Of a stretch of 39,039 bases of DNA, positions 36,512 through 39,039 are shown in pieces (position 1 is the first letter of the stretch; each line of letters starts with the position of its first letter). Location: positions 1 to 39,039 of IMG/VR virus record IMGVR_UViG_3300043493_000025, one strand, 5' to 3'. The DNA is from a virus (taxonomy: Duplodnaviria; Caudoviricetes). The notes under the pieces are model-generated. The model made no database searches. It was not told where the DNA came from and was given only the letters and a program-made list of their open reading frames with translations. The position numbers and the translations under genes are program-made.

Positions 36512-38434
36512 ATGTCTGCAGATCCTGCGCAGTTCGCCCTGCCATTCTCGCACTACGCGCGCCTTGGCTATCTACCTGTGCCGCTGCATGGCAAGGTGCC
36601 GTATTCAGTCGGTTGGCAAACTACCCGCTACGAGCAGACCGAACTCGACGTGCTCGACACTCAAGGCAATCTTAACGTCGGGCTCCTGTGCGAGAACATC
36701 GTCGGTCTCGACATCGACCTGACTGATGAGAGCCACGCGCGGAAAATCGAGGCGCTGATCCGGCGCACGTTGAAGCTACCGAAAGCGACGCCGCGCCGCG
36801 TCGGCAACGCACCCAAGGCGCTGCTCATCATGCGCGTGGAGACGCCGCTGCCCGGCTTCGACATTCGGCACGACAGGAAGGTCGTGCTGTTCCAGTTGCT
36901 GGGGGCTGGCAAGCAGTTCGTGGTGCATGGCATTCACCCCGACACCGGCAAGCCCTACACCCTGAACCGGCCCCTGCCACGGGTCGAGAAGCTGCCCCTC
37001 CTGACGGCTGCCGGGCTCGTGGCGCTACGCGAGGCGCTGACCCTTGGCCTGACCAAGCTGGGTTACTCGGTCGGCTCCCACGGCCCCTCCGTCGGCCGTA
37101 TAGGGGGTGGCTGGAGCGCCGCACGGTGGACGCCGACGGGGCAGCAACAAGCGGTCGATGCGCTGTGCCTGCTCGACCCTGACATGGCCCGTGCCGACTG
37201 GATCGAGTGCGGCATGGCGCTCGCCGATGGCACGCACGGCGACGATGACGGCTTCGCGCTCTGGGATACATGGTCGAGCACCTCGCCCAAGTACAACGCG
37301 CGCGAGATGCAGAAGCAGTGGAGATCGTTTAAACCCGGCGGCATCACTCGTGCGTCGCTGTTCAAGAACCAGTGGCTCAAGCGCGTACCAGTAGTTAGTA
37401 CGCCGCCCGTGCGCCATGACGACGATAGTGACGAGCGGCTCGCCGATCTGCTCGCACTCACGCCCGGAGCCGTGCCGTGGCTGGTGCAGGACATGCTGAC
37501 TCACGGCGCGCACCTGCTGGTCGGCCGTCCCAAGGGGGGCAAGTCGTGGGCCACGATGGACTTGGCCTATGCGGTAGCGAATGCGGGCAAGTTCGTGGGC
37601 AAGCAGGCACGCGCGGGCCGCGTGCTGTGGTTCGCGTCCGAGGATACACGCGAGGGACTAGCTAGGCGCTTGAAGGTACGTAACGAAGCAGTCGGTGACA
37701 ACGTCGTGGTGCTCGCGATGGAGAAGCTGCAGGCCGAGCGCGAGCAGTGGGATGACTGCACGTTCTGGGAGATGCTCGATGCGCGGCTCGAAGCCGATCA
37801 CTTCGATCTGGTGATCGTGGATACACAGAAGACCTGCGAGGCGGTATGGGCCAGCGAGCAGATAGACGAGCGGCGCAGCGCCAGCCCGGTCGATGTGGCC
37901 TACCAGAGCGTGCGGCTGTACGACGAGATCGGGCAGCGGCGCAAGACCTGTCTCGTGCTGGTGCATCACACCGGCAAGCTGAAGAACAACAAGGGCACGG
38001 ACTACCACGAGCGCATCAACATGCCAGCCACCGTGGTCGCAGGCGTGACGGGTTCGCTGGTGCTGGCTGATCCACCGGAGCGTGACCTGCACGCAGATGA
38101 TGACTTCCAGCGCATCCTAGCTATTCGTGGGCGGCACATGGCTCAAGGGGATGAGCAGTTGATGGTCGAGATCAAGATGGGCCGCTTGGAGTTGTTAGGC
38201 AAGTACAACGAGGTGGTGCAGACCCGTGCTCAGGCCGAGGTGTTCGCGGCTATCGAAGCATTGCTGCGCGATCAGGAGTCGACGAGCATTGCGCAAGTGG
38301 CCGAACACATGGGCAAGCACAAGAACTCGGTGCAGCGAGCGCTTGCGCGGGCGGCGAAGATGCCGGGCGGCATGGTGTGGAAGGGCAGACGGCTCGATGT
38401 GCGGTCGGGGCGGGGCATTCGGTGGCTGACGTAG
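36512..38434 (+). CDS. Primase-polymerase + PriCT-2 + RecA/AAA-type helicase fusion
   Basis: GYLPVPLHGKVP, VGLDID and GIHPDTGKPY (Prim-Pol); WIECGMAL, WDTWS..SPKY and WRSFK (PriCT-2); GRPKGGKS, VIVDT and LVHHTGK (helicase); GGAG before ATG 36512. Confidence 0.88.
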   Translation: MSADPAQFALPFSHYARLGYLPVPLHGKVPYSVGWQTTRYEQTELDVLDTQGNLNVGLLCENIVGLDIDLTDESHARKIEALIRRTLKLPKATPRRVGNAPKALLIMRVETPLPGFDIRHDRKVVLFQLLGAGKQFVVHGIHPDTGKPYTLNRPLPRVEKLPLLTAAGLVALREALTLGLTKLGYSVGSHGPSVGRIGGGWSAARWTPTGQQQAVDALCLLDPDMARADWIECGMALADGTHGDDDGFALWDTWSSTSPKYNAREMQKQWRSFKPGGITRASLFKNQWLKRVPVVSTPPVRHDDDSDERLADLLALTPGAVPWLVQDMLTHGAHLLVGRPKGGKSWATMDLAYAVANAGKFVGKQARAGRVLWFASEDTREGLARRLKVRNEAVGDNVVVLAMEKLQAEREQWDDCTFWEMLDARLEADHFDLVIVDTQKTCEAVWASEQIDERRSASPVDVAYQSVRLYDEIGQRRKTCLVLVHHTGKLKNNKGTDYHERINMPATVVAGVTGSLVLADPPERDLHADDDFQRILAIRGRHMAQGDEQLMVEIKMGRLELLGKYNEVVQTRAQAEVFAAIEALLRDQESTSIAQVAEHMGKHKNSVQRALARAAKMPGGMVWKGRRLDVRSGRGIRWLT

Positions 38435-38575
38435 GGGTGTGTGTTATGTGTGTTAATGGTCGGTGGGGGTCGCTGGAAAGCCCTATATAATACCTATTTA
38501 TACCTATTAACACCCATGTACATATATGTTCGCGCGCGCGAGGCATTAACACACGTGGGGTGGTGTTAATGCGGG
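38435..38575. other. AT-rich repeat region, candidate replication origin or packaging/late control site
   Basis: GTGTTAAT/ATTAACAC at 38450, 38506, 38545 and 38563; TACCTATT twice (38491, 38501); lies between primase-helicase and terS. Confidence 0.5.
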
Positions 38576-38617
38576 GGCAGGTGTATCAGGAGGCGCGGCT
38601 GGGAGGCTTAATCGCAA

Positions 38618-38911
38618 GTGACTGACGAGCCAGTGAAACGCGGGCGGGGTAGGCCCATCGGCACGTTTGCCGTGCAGACGCAGCGTGCGCGCGAGCGCAT
38701 TCGAGTAGCTAGGCTGGTGCAGATTGCCGACGACATCGCGACCGGGAAGTTAGGCGGTGATCCCAAGCGGCTCGCGGTCAAGCTGCAGGCCATCACGCTG
38801 CTGCTCAGGAAGACGCTGCCGGACCTCACCGCCACTGACCTAACTACCTCGGGGCAGCCACTGGCGGTGACGCAGGTGCTGTTCAACCATGACCCGCCGA
38901 AAGCCAAGTAA
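38618..38911 (+). CDS. terS: Terminase small subunit (putative)
   Basis: Directly upstream of terL across the join; KRGRGRP, RERIRVARLV..., LLRKTLPDL and DLTTSGQPL motifs. Confidence 0.7.
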   Translation: MTDEPVKRGRGRPIGTFAVQTQRARERIRVARLVQIADDIATGKLGGDPKRLAVKLQAITLLLRKTLPDLTATDLTTSGQPLAVTQVLFNHDPPKAK

Positions 38912-39039
38912 GGTAGTTAGGGAGCGCGCGGCCATCGTGGCCGAGCCCGTGATCGAGATGAAGGGTCCGCCCATACCGGGCATCCGTCCGCGCGAATATC
39001 AGTTGCCGGTGTTCAAGTACTGGGAGGGCAACAAGAAGC

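Larger units (their letters stand above)
1088..37334. repeat. Dispersed palindrome GTTTAAAC (18 copies plus variants)
   Basis: 1088, 1681, 6079, 10653, 15483, 19124, 20918, 24538, 25058, 26821, 28440, 30561, 32049, 34397, 35355, 36172, 36487, 37327. Confidence 0.9.
2..38846. repeat. Dispersed heptamer TAGNTAG/CTANCTA (~88 copies)
   Basis: Manual scan; examples at 2, 1002, 1345, 3841, 7117, 9351, 10085, 12614, 18215, 24341, 26035, 31034, 34917, 38840. Confidence 0.9.

Noticed and set aside
1088-37334. GTTTAAAC as an engineered PmeI site or synthetic watermark
   Set aside because: Degenerate variants, natural gene organisation and the absence of vector sequence argue for a natural signal, though this cannot be fully excluded without related genomes
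2-38846. CRISPR array or mini-array formed by the recurring motifs
   Set aside because: The motifs are 7-8 bp, dispersed, in both orientations and mostly inside genes; there is no repeat-spacer periodicity
38913-39039. Biological direct terminal repeat
   Set aside because: The length of exactly 127 bp and a break inside terL point to assembler overlap of a circular contig rather than physical ends
1-39039. TAG stop-codon reassignment suggested by TAG abundance
   Set aside because: Core genes are full length in the standard code and several end properly at TAG; internal TAGs are out of frame
1-39039. Many long antisense and alternate-frame ORFs (e.g. 27370-28494, 15995-16900, 22970-23800)
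   Set aside because: They shadow well-supported genes, lack RBSs or motifs, and are expected in GC-rich DNA
1-39039. Integrase, attP, tRNA or rRNA genes
   Set aside because: No recombinase motifs or cloverleaf-like sequence were recognised; intergenic space is small and accounted for

Overview
The window is an apparently complete, circularly assembled ~38.9 kb GC-rich tailed phage genome with a podovirus-type layout; bases 38913-39039 repeat 1-127. The + strand from 38618 through the join to 24343 carries terS, terL, portal, scaffold, major capsid, adaptor/nozzle, ejection proteins, tail fibre, a small membrane protein and a pectate-lyase-like protein. The - strand from ~35270 to 24340 carries early and replication genes: DNA polymerase A, Cas4-like exonuclease, VRR-NUC, SNF2 helicase, Cro/YdaS-like HTH and a DUF6011 protein. 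A short + strand block (35450-38434) encodes an SprT-like protease and a primase-helicase. I found no integrase, tRNA, CRISPR array or endolysin. The most unusual signals are non-genic. (1) The heptamer TAGNTAG/CTANCTA occurs ~88 times by manual count, in coding sequence via rare codons, in RBS-start spacers and in a terminator loop. (2) The palindrome GTTTAAAC occurs 18 times, plus GTGTAAAC/GTTTACAC variants. (3) Six sigma70-like promoters have a -35 box embedded in a GTTGAC-N3-GTCAAC-type palindrome. (4) Four of these promoters are followed by a leader hairpin with covarying stems and an invariant GC-GUGGU-GC core. All protein calls come from motif recognition and gene order by eye; no database search was run.
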